Below are positions 26,127-35,389 of a stretch of 43,657 bases of DNA, piece after piece. Origin of the DNA: an uncultured Pseudomonadales bacterium. Its GTDB lineage: Bacteria; Patescibacteriota; Microgenomatia; UBA1400; PJMF01. Under the pieces are notes generated by a model. It was not told where the DNA came from. It ran no database searches and was given only the letters and a program-made list of their open reading frames with translations. Location of the stretch: NCBI GenBank assembly GCA_964437755.1, contig CAYTIA010000001.1:1-43657 (forward strand), given 5' to 3'. A program made the position numbers and the translations under genes. Position 1 is the stretch's first letter, and every line of letters begins with the position of its first letter.

Positions 26127-26318
26127 ATGATAAGAGCAATCACTCTTTCATTAGCATTATTAACTATTGGAGCTGTCTCATTTTTCTCTTTTAACTCAAG
26201 AAGCCAAGAGGTATTAGCAGTGGATAGCTCAACACCGCCAGCCGCTAGTTCATGTCAATGTGGTACCGGATGTGGCTGTGGATGTTCACAAGGCCTTGCG
26301 TGCAACTGCCAAAGATAA
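26127..26318 (+). CDS. Small exported/membrane-anchored Cys-rich metallothionein-like protein
   Basis: AGAAAGGAAG RBS before ATG 26127; hydrophobic N-terminus; tail CQCGTGCGCGCSQGLACNC with 7 Cys. Confidence 0.7.
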   Translation: MIRAITLSLALLTIGAVSFFSFNSRSQEVLAVDSSTPPAASSCQCGTGCGCGCSQGLACNCQR

Positions 26319-26344
26319 ACATTAATTGTTAGATTTTCTTAATA

Positions 26345-26384
26345 AAAACCCCGCTATTAATTATTCAATATATAGTGGGGTTTT
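26345..26384. terminator. Bidirectional intrinsic terminator
   Basis: AAAACCCCGCTAT...ATAGTGGGGTTTT between convergent genes. Confidence 0.7.
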
Positions 26385-26387
26385 GTA

Positions 26388-27860
26388 TTACAGCCTTTTT
26401 AACAAATGTACTTGTATCCCATTCTCACAACTAATTATTTTCTCTTCACTCGCCTCTCCAAATAAAGTCAACTCATCGAACTTCGTTTCTTTGTGAATAT
26501 AATTTGATTGATCAGCAACTACCATCATTAGCTCTGCAGCTGTTGGATCATTTTCCACATATTTCATCTGGCAACCATGCCGAAGTGCCATGTATCGAAA
26601 TTCAGGCCCAGTATGATACCGATAATGCTTGCTTTGAACACTCACAAAAACAGGTTCGTCAATCTGAGAGCAGACTAACTGAAAACATCTCTCTATCTGC
26701 CCATATGATCTTGGAGCAGATTTAATATATGACATAATTTTTTTCGGTCTTAGCCACCAAACCGACAAAGCCAGTGCAACCAAAAACAAAATTTTTTGCA
26801 ATCTTTTTTGAGTTGAAACTAAAATATCCGCCATTATTATGTGAATGAAAGCTAAGAATGGAAAAATATAATGAGCCTCAATAGTTACCGGAAATATTAG
26901 TGAAATCATTGTTGTGATTAATAGCAACCAAATCGAAAACTCTGATAAAGAAATTATGTCATTAATTTTTTTTCTTTTTATGAACTGTAACCAAGCAAAT
27001 CCAAGTATTAAAATAAAACATACGATTACAAAATACCAAGGAATCTGAAAATCAAACAGATATTTCCCCATACTCTCGAGTTTATATTGAAGAGTAAGTC
27101 TCCAAGGATCCATTACCAATACTCTACGACCAAAAACCCTTTTAATGATTTGGAAATCATATCTAAACTCAAAAAACCAATAAGGCAAAAACCAAAAGTT
27201 GCCAGTAACAAAAACAACTCCGATTATTTTCAGCAAATTTTTTCTTAACATAATTATCGTCATAACTAAAAATACCAATAGAGCTGGACCTGCCGAAACA
27301 CTCATGGCGATAGCAAATGTAATGCCAATGGCAAATATCCACAACCATTTAGCACTAAACTTAGTGAAGAGTTGATAAAAACTCAAAGTTGCCACAACTA
27401 CTGCCAACCACACAAAAGAAGGATTCCATATATAACGCTGTTGTGTTATTAGTTGCGGATGAATTGCGCCCAGAAAAATACAGCTATAAAATATCCAGAA
27501 AAGTTTTTTTTGCTGAGTCTTAATTAAATACAAAGAACCAGCAACAAATATTAGTACATGAAAAATAAGTGAAGTGATATGAGAAGAAAGAAACCAACCT
27601 TTAGACAGAAAAAAAACAGGAAATAATAAATAAAAATAAAAAGCGCTCTGATTAAATGGCAAAGCACTATTTTGCGGACCTAAAAGTGGTGGTTTACCAG
27701 ATTGTTGCCACTCAATAAGATACAAATAATCTCGACCGATATCATTTTGAAAAAATAGAGAATCAGAGATTTTATAGGTACGAAGAAAAATAAAAAGTAA
27801 AATAGTAGTAAATAAAATAAAAAAGTAATAAAATTTTTTATTGTCGGTGACTTTTATCAT
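26388..27860 (-). CDS. GT-C fold membrane glycosyltransferase
   Basis: FFQNDIGRD..GKPPLLGP loop and RYIWNPSF; multi-TM. Confidence 0.75.
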   Translation of the reverse strand: MIKVTDNKKFYYFFILFTTILLFIFLRTYKISDSLFFQNDIGRDYLYLIEWQQSGKPPLLGPQNSALPFNQSAFYFYLLFPVFFLSKGWFLSSHITSLIFHVLIFVAGSLYLIKTQQKKLFWIFYSCIFLGAIHPQLITQQRYIWNPSFVWLAVVVATLSFYQLFTKFSAKWLWIFAIGITFAIAMSVSAGPALLVFLVMTIIMLRKNLLKIIGVVFVTGNFWFLPYWFFEFRYDFQIIKRVFGRRVLVMDPWRLTLQYKLESMGKYLFDFQIPWYFVIVCFILILGFAWLQFIKRKKINDIISLSEFSIWLLLITTMISLIFPVTIEAHYIFPFLAFIHIIMADILVSTQKRLQKILFLVALALSVWWLRPKKIMSYIKSAPRSYGQIERCFQLVCSQIDEPVFVSVQSKHYRYHTGPEFRYMALRHGCQMKYVENDPTAAELMMVVADQSNYIHKETKFDELTLFGEASEEKIISCENGIQVHLLKRL

Positions 27861-27934
27861 TATTAATACAATTGAGTCTAGTTACTTTATAGCAAGCTTA
27901 AGTATATAATTTTTTATTAAATAATAATTCTGCA

Positions 27935-28987
27935 ATGGAAGCGCGTATAAAACAACAAGCAAATAATGATAGGGACCCAAAAAAACCTGAGCGAAATTTA
28001 TCTCAACAAGAATTATTGAATTTAAAAAATGAAACGCATCCTTTGATAAGACAAAGAGAAGAACGGGAAGTTGTAAAGGTAAAAGCTCAAGATCTATTAG
28101 TAGAAAAACCAGATTCAAAAAAAGAGAAGCAACGCGAAAAAAACTATGAGTGGGCTAAACCTCCAGCCTCAGCTGTCTCACGTGTTAGAGAAGTGATTTT
28201 AACTTATGGTGGATACTTCCAACACCCTTTTTCCACAATGTCTTCAGAAAAAATTCGATTTTTACACTATCCTCAAGTAATTATGAGTATACCGATCGGT
28301 GCTTTTGCTTTATCGTTACCAACGGTAAATACATTCTTGCCAATTTCTCCTAAAATATCTATAGCTATCATAGCAACATATGCCGCTACTGTTTTGTTTT
28401 CTATTTATGAATCTATCAAGGCTAAAAAAAGTGCGCTAACTCTTAGAGGTTCACTTGACGTTATTCAGATCATTTCACGAGAAGAAAGAAGTTTTCTAAC
28501 TGGGGAAAGTATTCAAATTAACGATATCATTGGAGAATTTCACTGGAATCCTCAAAGAAGACCAGAAAATTGTGATGAAGATGACAAGCTTTTAGTACTA
28601 AGCACACTACTTAGCTTCTATCAGTCATTTCTTGATCTATCAAACAGAATTAGAAGAGATGATCCAGCAGTAAAATGTTTCAAAGCCTTTACAATAACTT
28701 CTGATATAGTAAATGATCGATATTTAAATTTTGGAGGAGAACTTACTACTTTTACTGACAATCCTTTTCTTGAAAAGCTTGATCATCTCGCCTCAAGATT
28801 AAATCTATTCATGAATAAAAGATATTTACAGGCACTTTCTAAAAAAGTGAAAACCTCAAGAGTTGCTTGGTTTACACCACAAAGTATCTCATCAGATAAA
28901 GCCAACGAGTATCTTATAGAACAGGTAGAATTACTTGAAGAAGCGATAGAAAATCAAAGAAATTTAACAACTACACCTCAATCTTAG
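27935..28987 (+). CDS. Hypothetical membrane protein, possible YkoP-like C-domain
   Basis: Two TM segments followed by DIIGEFHWN...DDPAVKCFKAF...RVAWF. Confidence 0.55.
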   Translation: MEARIKQQANNDRDPKKPERNLSQQELLNLKNETHPLIRQREEREVVKVKAQDLLVEKPDSKKEKQREKNYEWAKPPASAVSRVREVILTYGGYFQHPFSTMSSEKIRFLHYPQVIMSIPIGAFALSLPTVNTFLPISPKISIAIIATYAATVLFSIYESIKAKKSALTLRGSLDVIQIISREERSFLTGESIQINDIIGEFHWNPQRRPENCDEDDKLLVLSTLLSFYQSFLDLSNRIRRDDPAVKCFKAFTITSDIVNDRYLNFGGELTTFTDNPFLEKLDHLASRLNLFMNKRYLQALSKKVKTSRVAWFTPQSISSDKANEYLIEQVELLEEAIENQRNLTTTPQS

Positions 28988-29726
28988 TAAAAAAATAACT
29001 ACTTAACACCAACAAGATACTTGTTATCAGTCCTAGCACCAAAAAATCCCAACTCAAACCAATATGACTGCTACCAAGCATTATTTCTCGCAGCGCGTCT
29101 ACTCCATAAGTAAGAGGGTTAAATCTTGAAATTAGTTGCAAAACTTGTGGAGATTCTGCTAATGGAAATAATGCTCCTGATAAAAAGTAGGTGGGCATCA
29201 CTAAAAAATTCATGATCAATTGAAAACCATGAAAATCCTTAAGCAAAGAGGCAATGCCAGTACCCAAAGCACTATAAAGCAAAGAAATTAAAAACATAAT
29301 TAAAAGAGCTATTGGCATCAACAACCAGTTGATTGGTCTAAAACCCAAAAACAAAGTCAGCATAAAAACAATTGAACCCTGAATTAATGAGATTGTTGCA
29401 CCTCCAAGCACTCTTCCTACGACAATTTCTAGGCGAGAAACAGGCGCAGCCAAGGTTTCTTTTAGAAAGCCAAACTGTCGATCCCAAATCAACTCAACTC
29501 CATTAAAGATTGCCATAAACAAGATCGCCTGAGCCATAACTCCAGGAGCTAGAAAGTCGATATAACTTCCTCCTTGAGTGCTCTTATACATTGAACCCAT
29601 ACCAAATCCTAATGAAATCAAAAAAAGTAGTGGCTGACCAATAGAACCGATAATTCTTGATTTTGACCGCCAATAACGTTTAATCTGACGCAGCCACATT
29701 ATATAAATGACACGTATTTTGATCAT
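28971..29726 (-). CDS. ABC-2 type exporter permease
   Basis: Six TM; DRQFGFLKETLAAPVSR, FLSGALFP and NPLTYGVDALR motifs. Confidence 0.9.
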   Translation of the reverse strand: MIKIRVIYIMWLRQIKRYWRSKSRIIGSIGQPLLFLISLGFGMGSMYKSTQGGSYIDFLAPGVMAQAILFMAIFNGVELIWDRQFGFLKETLAAPVSRLEIVVGRVLGGATISLIQGSIVFMLTLFLGFRPINWLLMPIALLIMFLISLLYSALGTGIASLLKDFHGFQLIMNFLVMPTYFLSGALFPLAESPQVLQLISRFNPLTYGVDALREIMLGSSHIGLSWDFLVLGLITSILLVLSSYFFTKIEV

Positions 29727-29731
29727 ATTGA

Positions 29732-30571
29732 TTATTTCTTGTTTCTTTTCATTGCACTTATACGCATTTTTTCCAAACTTGAAATAATTTCCTCACGAAT
29801 ATCTTTTCCAGTAATCATCAAGTAAGCTTCCTCTAAAGTGTTTGTGTTTGTAATCTTCTTCAACTCATTTACGGTACCTGAACCTACTATCTCTCCGTGG
29901 TCGATAATAGCAATATAATTGGCCATCTTCTCAGCCTCTTCTAAGTAATGAGTGGTAAAAAATATAGTTGTTTGATACTTTTCATTTAGTTCATGAATAT
30001 GCTTCCAGATTTTGTTTCTAGTTTGAGGATCTAAACCTAGCGTTGGCTCATCCATAAAGAAAATCTGTGGATGATGGAGTAAGGCTCTAGCAATCTCCAA
30101 TCTACGTCTCATGCCTCCTGAAAAAGTTTTTACAAAACTATCCTTTCTATCCCATAAATCGACGATATTCAATAACTGCCTAATTCTCTTGTGGATTTCA
30201 TTTTTTGGAACTTGATACAAAATAGCATGAAAGTACATATTTTCCATGGCAGTTAATTCTTCGTCTAAACTTGAGTCCTGGAACACTATTCCAAAAGACT
30301 GACGTACTAAGTTTTGCTGAGAAACTGGATCAAAATTGTTAACAGAAACTGTTCCTTTAGTAGGTCGCAGCAAAGTGGTTAAGATTTTAATGGTAGTTGT
30401 TTTACCTGCTCCGTTTGGACCCAAAAAAGCAAATATATCTCCCTTCTTCACAAAAAAATTAAGATTATTAACAGCCGTAAAACCATTAAAGTTTTTGACT
30501 AAATTTTTAACCCTAATAATCGGTTGCTGATGCGAAGATGAAGTCACTGGTTTAGATTTATTATTAGACAT
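29732..30571 (-). CDS. ABC exporter ATP-binding protein (DrrA-like)
   Basis: GPNGAGKTT, FSGGMRRRLEIAR, DEPT and TTHYLEEAE motifs. Confidence 0.92.
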   Translation of the reverse strand: MSNNKSKPVTSSSHQQPIIRVKNLVKNFNGFTAVNNLNFFVKKGDIFAFLGPNGAGKTTTIKILTTLLRPTKGTVSVNNFDPVSQQNLVRQSFGIVFQDSSLDEELTAMENMYFHAILYQVPKNEIHKRIRQLLNIVDLWDRKDSFVKTFSGGMRRRLEIARALLHHPQIFFMDEPTLGLDPQTRNKIWKHIHELNEKYQTTIFFTTHYLEEAEKMANYIAIIDHGEIVGSGTVNELKKITNTNTLEEAYLMITGKDIREEIISSLEKMRISAMKRNKK

Positions 30572-30672
30572 TAAATTTTTTATATAACCATAATATGCTC
30601 ATGAACAATACTAAGAATAATCAAATAAGAACTGGGAGTGCAAGCTCTCTATTTACCATCATCATATTATAA

Positions 30673-31758
30673 TTATTTCGGAATACTTACACAAAACAAT
30701 GAACCATTTCCTAAACTACTTTTTACCACTATTGAGCCTCCATGCATTTCTACAATTTTTTTAGCAATAGCTAACCCGATTCCAGTGCCAGCATGTTTAC
30801 TTCTAGCCTCATTACTTCTGTAAAATCTTTCAAAAATGCTATCTACTGTTGTTGAGTCCATACCAATACCATTATCCTGAATTTTCACTATCGCATCTTG
30901 AGTATTACTCATAATCAAAATATTAGCTTTTTGACCTAAATCAGAGTAAATAATTGCATTATGAACAATATTGGCTATCGCCTGTTTAAGCTTATCCTTG
31001 TCAGCTCTAATCTTAACTTTATCTTTCTCTTTAATCGTAATTAATACTTTTTGTTTTTTAGCTATTGGCTCGAGAGACTCAATCACCTCTTTTATTAATT
31101 CATTAATACTAATGACGCTCTTATTTAAGGTAAAATTTTCAGACTCGATTAAAGCCAATTCTCTTGTTTCTTTGGAAAGCTTAATCACTTGCCTCACCTC
31201 ATCCTTCATTAGAGAAAGAATCTTTTTTTGCTCTTTTTTAGAGCCAATAATCTCATCCTCAAAAGCTTCAAGATAACCATATAAACTTGTTAATGGTGTG
31301 GATATTTCGTGAGAAAAATTAGCAACAAGATCCTTGCGAAATTTTTCAATATTTTCTACCTTCTCAAAAAGATTGTTAGTTTCATCAATTAACTCTTTGA
31401 ACTCATCATTAGTTTTATAACTAATTCTTTCTTGATAATTTCCTGAGGAAAATTTTCTACTTGCCTCAATAATAAATCTAATTGGTTTTAATAAAACTCT
31501 AGTCACTACCACACTTAAAAAGATAGAAAAAATAACAGCTATGCCTCCAGAAATTAGGAGAGCTTGTTCTACAGATTTCAGAAAAGTCTGTCCTGCCTCA
31601 TCTCTCAGACAAGTTGGCAACTCTTTATTATGAAGATTACAAAACTGTGTAAAATTGTCCTGAATTATTTGCTGATTGAGAACACTTGTAATAAGTGTAG
31701 AGATAGCAATAGCGAAAATAAAAATCAGAATAAGTTTTACTTCAAATCGCAACTTCAT
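30673..31758 (-). CDS. Sensor histidine kinase (HAMP-HisKA-HATPase)
   Basis: SHEISTPLT, NIVHNAIIY, DNGIG and GTGIGLAI motifs. Confidence 0.92.
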   Translation of the reverse strand: MKLRFEVKLILIFIFAIAISTLITSVLNQQIIQDNFTQFCNLHNKELPTCLRDEAGQTFLKSVEQALLISGGIAVIFSIFLSVVVTRVLLKPIRFIIEASRKFSSGNYQERISYKTNDEFKELIDETNNLFEKVENIEKFRKDLVANFSHEISTPLTSLYGYLEAFEDEIIGSKKEQKKILSLMKDEVRQVIKLSKETRELALIESENFTLNKSVISINELIKEVIESLEPIAKKQKVLITIKEKDKVKIRADKDKLKQAIANIVHNAIIYSDLGQKANILIMSNTQDAIVKIQDNGIGMDSTTVDSIFERFYRSNEARSKHAGTGIGLAIAKKIVEMHGGSIVVKSSLGNGSLFCVSIPK

Positions 31759-32429
31759 AAATCCTCATTAAACTTGTAACCAAAACCACGGACACTTTTT
31801 ATCATCGTTTGATTATTATCAAAGATTTTTTTTCTCAATCTTGAAACAATAACATCTATTGCTCTTTCAAAGACTTCGTCAGTTCCATCAATATAAATGG
31901 CATCAATTAAAGAATCTCTTGAAAAGACTCTGCCTGGATTAGTCATAAAAAGTTCCAGCAATTTGAACTCCTTCAGAGTTAAATTAATCTTCTTCCCTTG
32001 AGAAAATATCTGTTTATTTTCAACCTCTAGAGTTAAATCGCCCCTCTTTACAGAATCAAATAAACTTTCAACTCTTCTAAAAAGCGCATTTACTCTTGCC
32101 ACCATTTCTTTTGGACTAAACGGCTTGGTAATATAATCATCAGCTCCAGTTTCCAAACCCTCAACTTTATCAAGCTCTTCTTGACGAGCGGTTATCATAA
32201 TAATGGGAATTGAAGATTTTTTTCTAATTGCTTTTGCAATCATAAATCCACTTGTTGAAGGAAGCATTAAGTCAAGTAAAACCATATCAATTTTCAATGA
32301 ATCAATACTATTAAGTACATCCCTACCATCTCTATTCACCCAACATTGATATCCTGCTTTAGAAAGATAAAGTTTTATTAGATCAGCTATATTTTTGTTA
32401 TCTTCAACAATTAAAACTTTTTTACCCAT
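31755..32429 (-). CDS. OmpR-family response regulator
   Basis: VEDN, LLDLMLP, GADDYITKPF and VRGFGYKF motifs. Confidence 0.93.
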   Translation of the reverse strand: MGKKVLIVEDNKNIADLIKLYLSKAGYQCWVNRDGRDVLNSIDSLKIDMVLLDLMLPSTSGFMIAKAIRKKSSIPIIMITARQEELDKVEGLETGADDYITKPFSPKEMVARVNALFRRVESLFDSVKRGDLTLEVENKQIFSQGKKINLTLKEFKLLELFMTNPGRVFSRDSLIDAIYIDGTDEVFERAIDVIVSRLRKKIFDNNQTMIKSVRGFGYKFNEDL

Positions 32430-32501
32430 ATAATTTTTAAGACCAATCTTTTAGTAATTAGGTCTTATATTGTATCTCAATCGATGAATGAAGGCTAAAA
32501 G

Positions 32502-33764
32502 TTAGCCAAACATTAACAACTCAGGTTTTAAAATCAAGATCAGACCTATTATTATCATCAACACCCCTCCAACTATTCCAGAGTATTTTGAGTATTTACT
32601 GGTAATACCAGTGGCATGAAAAGTTTTAACAGCCACAAAAAAGATAAATAAGTCATCAAACATAAAAATTACTGTATAAAGAATCAAGTATAAATAGTAA
32701 TTAACAGTAGATAAATTTGCTGATGCTAGTAAATTTGTGTAAACTGCTGGTAATCCTGCTGAGCAAACCACTTCAATAAAATTAACTGAAATCGCAAGGA
32801 TGACCATTCCTATCACAGCAACCCATATATTATTTTCTTTGGTTATCTTCTTAATACGCTCCATAATAGAAGCTCGCTGTTGAGAGTTAGTTACATGACA
32901 TTCACCCTTACTTGTTAAAGCATTTTTTACATGTACTGAGCCAGTTGCCAATGCAACCAATCCAATAGCAATCTTAATCCAATATACATAACCAACAAAC
33001 TGAAAAAAATTAAACCAAGCTGACAGAAATACAAAATAGACAAGTGCCGAGGTTACAATAAAAACAGTGCCCAAGATATACAGTTTTTTCTTATCCTTCA
33101 TGTTAATCAGCATGGTAATAAGAAAAATTAAAATCCACATAGCACAAGGATTAAAACCATCCATAAATGCAATGATTATTGTTATCACCGGAAGTGAAAG
33201 ATCCACCAAATTAATTTTTCCAAATACAGGCAACTCAATTTCCTGAGTATATTTATCTTGATTGCTGTTTTTTGAATTTATATCAGTCTGATTTTCAGTT
33301 TTATCTATACTTTGGAGTCTATCTTTTTCTATCGGATTTATAATGTCAGAAACTAGATCATCACATTGATTATTTAAACAATAATCAATTCTATTTTTAA
33401 TATCTTGGCCAGTTGTAGCATCGCTCCCATAGCCAATTATCGGTTTATCACCGATAATGGTAAGCGGAACTCCCCCCCTTTCTAACTCAACAAACTCGGC
33501 CACTTGATTAAACAGCTCTGAATTAGTGCGATCATAATAAATTTCATACGAATAGATATTTATTGAATCTTTATTTTCAGCTGAAATTTCTTTAAGAAAA
33601 TCTAGTTCTTTTTCACAATGAGGACAGCCAATTCCATAAAACATATAGACATTGACTGTTTTCATTTGCGCATTAGCTTTTGTTGAAACAAAACCAAAAA
33701 ACAAGATAATCAGCATAGCTGATAACACTGTTCTTACAATGAACTTCCTCAAAAAATTTCCCAT
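32502..33764 (-). CDS. Exported glutaredoxin/thioredoxin domain fused to a DsbD/CcdA-like membrane domain
   Basis: CPHC motif, then TM domain with DGFNPCA and EVVCSAG; start placed at MGNFL. Confidence 0.8.
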   Translation of the reverse strand: MGNFLRKFIVRTVLSAMLIILFFGFVSTKANAQMKTVNVYMFYGIGCPHCEKELDFLKEISAENKDSINIYSYEIYYDRTNSELFNQVAEFVELERGGVPLTIIGDKPIIGYGSDATTGQDIKNRIDYCLNNQCDDLVSDIINPIEKDRLQSIDKTENQTDINSKNSNQDKYTQEIELPVFGKINLVDLSLPVITIIIAFMDGFNPCAMWILIFLITMLINMKDKKKLYILGTVFIVTSALVYFVFLSAWFNFFQFVGYVYWIKIAIGLVALATGSVHVKNALTSKGECHVTNSQQRASIMERIKKITKENNIWVAVIGMVILAISVNFIEVVCSAGLPAVYTNLLASANLSTVNYYLYLILYTVIFMFDDLFIFFVAVKTFHATGITSKYSKYSGIVGGVLMIIIGLILILKPELLMFG

Positions 33765-33765
33765 A

Positions 33766-34032
33766 TTAATAGTTTTTATATTTGTTGATAATCTCAATTA
33801 ATTTTTTCTTCTCTATTTCGCCGTATTCACGATGAATCTCTCTCTCATTTTTATCTAGAAAAATAAAACAGGGATAATCGGTGATTGAGTATTTTTCAAC
33901 AAGCTCTGTCTCTTGATCTACATCATAATATACAGTTTCTAACCACTCTAGTTCCTTCTCAATCTCGGCAAAGATTGGTTTCATTACTAGACAACCAGAA
34001 CACCAAATAGCTCCAAATTTTAGAATTTTCAT
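33766..34032 (-). CDS. Thioredoxin-family protein
   Basis: FGAIWCSGC and cis-Pro motif DYPC. Confidence 0.88.
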   Translation of the reverse strand: MKILKFGAIWCSGCLVMKPIFAEIEKELEWLETVYYDVDQETELVEKYSITDYPCFIFLDKNEREIHREYGEIEKKKLIEIINKYKNY

Positions 34033-34160
34033 AAAATTTTCTTGTTAATTCTTGATGTCAACTAGAAACAAGAAACATATTATAAAAAAAATGTTTCAAT
34101 ATTATTGCAAACATTGAACTGTTAGTTTTCGATGAAAAACTTTTGAGCTAAACAATAAGC

Positions 34161-34952
34161 TTAAATGACTGCCTCGAACTCTATTGAGGATTCCATGATA
34201 GGATTATTAAAAGCCTGCCAAGCTGAACCCCCTCTCAAAAAAATCTCTAAAAACTCGTTCCCTTTTTCACCAGTTGAGCCAGGAGCAAAAGCTAACTCTC
34301 CATCCTTTACTTCAAAGTTCCCTGTTGCGAAAGTAGCCAATCTTTTTACTTGATTAAGGATAATTTTAACTCTCGTACCAGCCTCAAAGTTAACCTGATT
34401 GCGCTTGATAGTAGTTTTTAAATTTCCATAACCATCAGCAAAAGCTAAAAGATTCTTCGGGATTTCTGGTATCAAGTCTTTTGGTTTAAGATCTTTTCCA
34501 ACATACTTGCTATATTCCCCATGCAAAAAACCTACTACAGCTTGTGGATAATAATCTCTGGATCGAAACTGGGAACCAGCATTTGAAACGGTCACGAGAT
34601 TCAACTGTTTTATCTCATCTTTGACAAAAGAAAAACTATAACCAGAATTTACAGCCACTATTTTTGTTCCATTATTAAGTACAGCATAAGTTAATTTTTC
34701 CCCTTCATTATTCTTTCTTTCTTGCTTTGCATCTTTTCGAGGAGCAGTGTTCGCATAGATTATGTAATCTGAAGGCTGCTTCCCCCTTGAAAACTGAGCA
34801 ATCCAATAGCCGGTTGCAACCGTGGAAAAAGCGGGAACTGATGTTGGTTGAATCTCCAAATCCTTATCTAAAGCTTTTAACCGCTGAATTACTTCGCTAA
34901 AAGCGGGATCGCCAACTCCATAATCAGCAATTAGTTGAACAAAAGCTTTCAT
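34161..34952 (-). CDS. SAM hydroxide adenosyltransferase/halogenase (DUF62) family protein, divergent
   Basis: LIADYGVGD, QFRSRDYYP and DGYGNLKT motifs. Confidence 0.75.
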   Translation of the reverse strand: MKAFVQLIADYGVGDPAFSEVIQRLKALDKDLEIQPTSVPAFSTVATGYWIAQFSRGKQPSDYIIYANTAPRKDAKQERKNNEGEKLTYAVLNNGTKIVAVNSGYSFSFVKDEIKQLNLVTVSNAGSQFRSRDYYPQAVVGFLHGEYSKYVGKDLKPKDLIPEIPKNLLAFADGYGNLKTTIKRNQVNFEAGTRVKIILNQVKRLATFATGNFEVKDGELAFAPGSTGEKGNEFLEIFLRGGSAWQAFNNPIMESSIEFEAVI

Positions 34953-35007
34953 ATTTTTCCAATCGTTGAATAAATATATAAATAAAAACCAAATTAAATT
35001 AATTCAG

Positions 35008-35385
35008 TTAGTTTCCGATATACGCCACCATACTAATTTCCACATTAGCATTAAGAGGTAACTGTTTCACACTCACCGTTTCTCTGGCTGGATAAGGTTG
35101 ACTCATAAAACTGTCATACACTTTATTAACCTCAGCAAAGTCAGCCATCTCAGTTAAAAATATAGTTGTCTTAATCACATTGTCAAAACTCGCCCCTGCA
35201 GCCTCTAGAACTGATTTAAGATTTTCCATCACTAGTCTGGCTTGATTACCAGCATTGCCTTCAATTAGCTTACCGTCAACAATCGCTATTTGTCCTGAGG
35301 TATAAATAAAGCCATTAATTTTTATTGCTTGAGAGTAAGGTCCGATTGCTTCGGGAGCTTTGGGTGTAGTTATCTGTTTTTTCAT
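35008..35385 (-). CDS. ridA: RidA family enamine/imine deaminase
   Basis: APEAIGPYSQA, TSGQI, YPAR and LPLNANVEI motifs. Confidence 0.93.
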   Translation of the reverse strand: MKKQITTPKAPEAIGPYSQAIKINGFIYTSGQIAIVDGKLIEGNAGNQARLVMENLKSVLEAAGASFDNVIKTTIFLTEMADFAEVNKVYDSFMSQPYPARETVSVKQLPLNANVEISMVAYIGN

Positions 35386-35389
35386 AATT

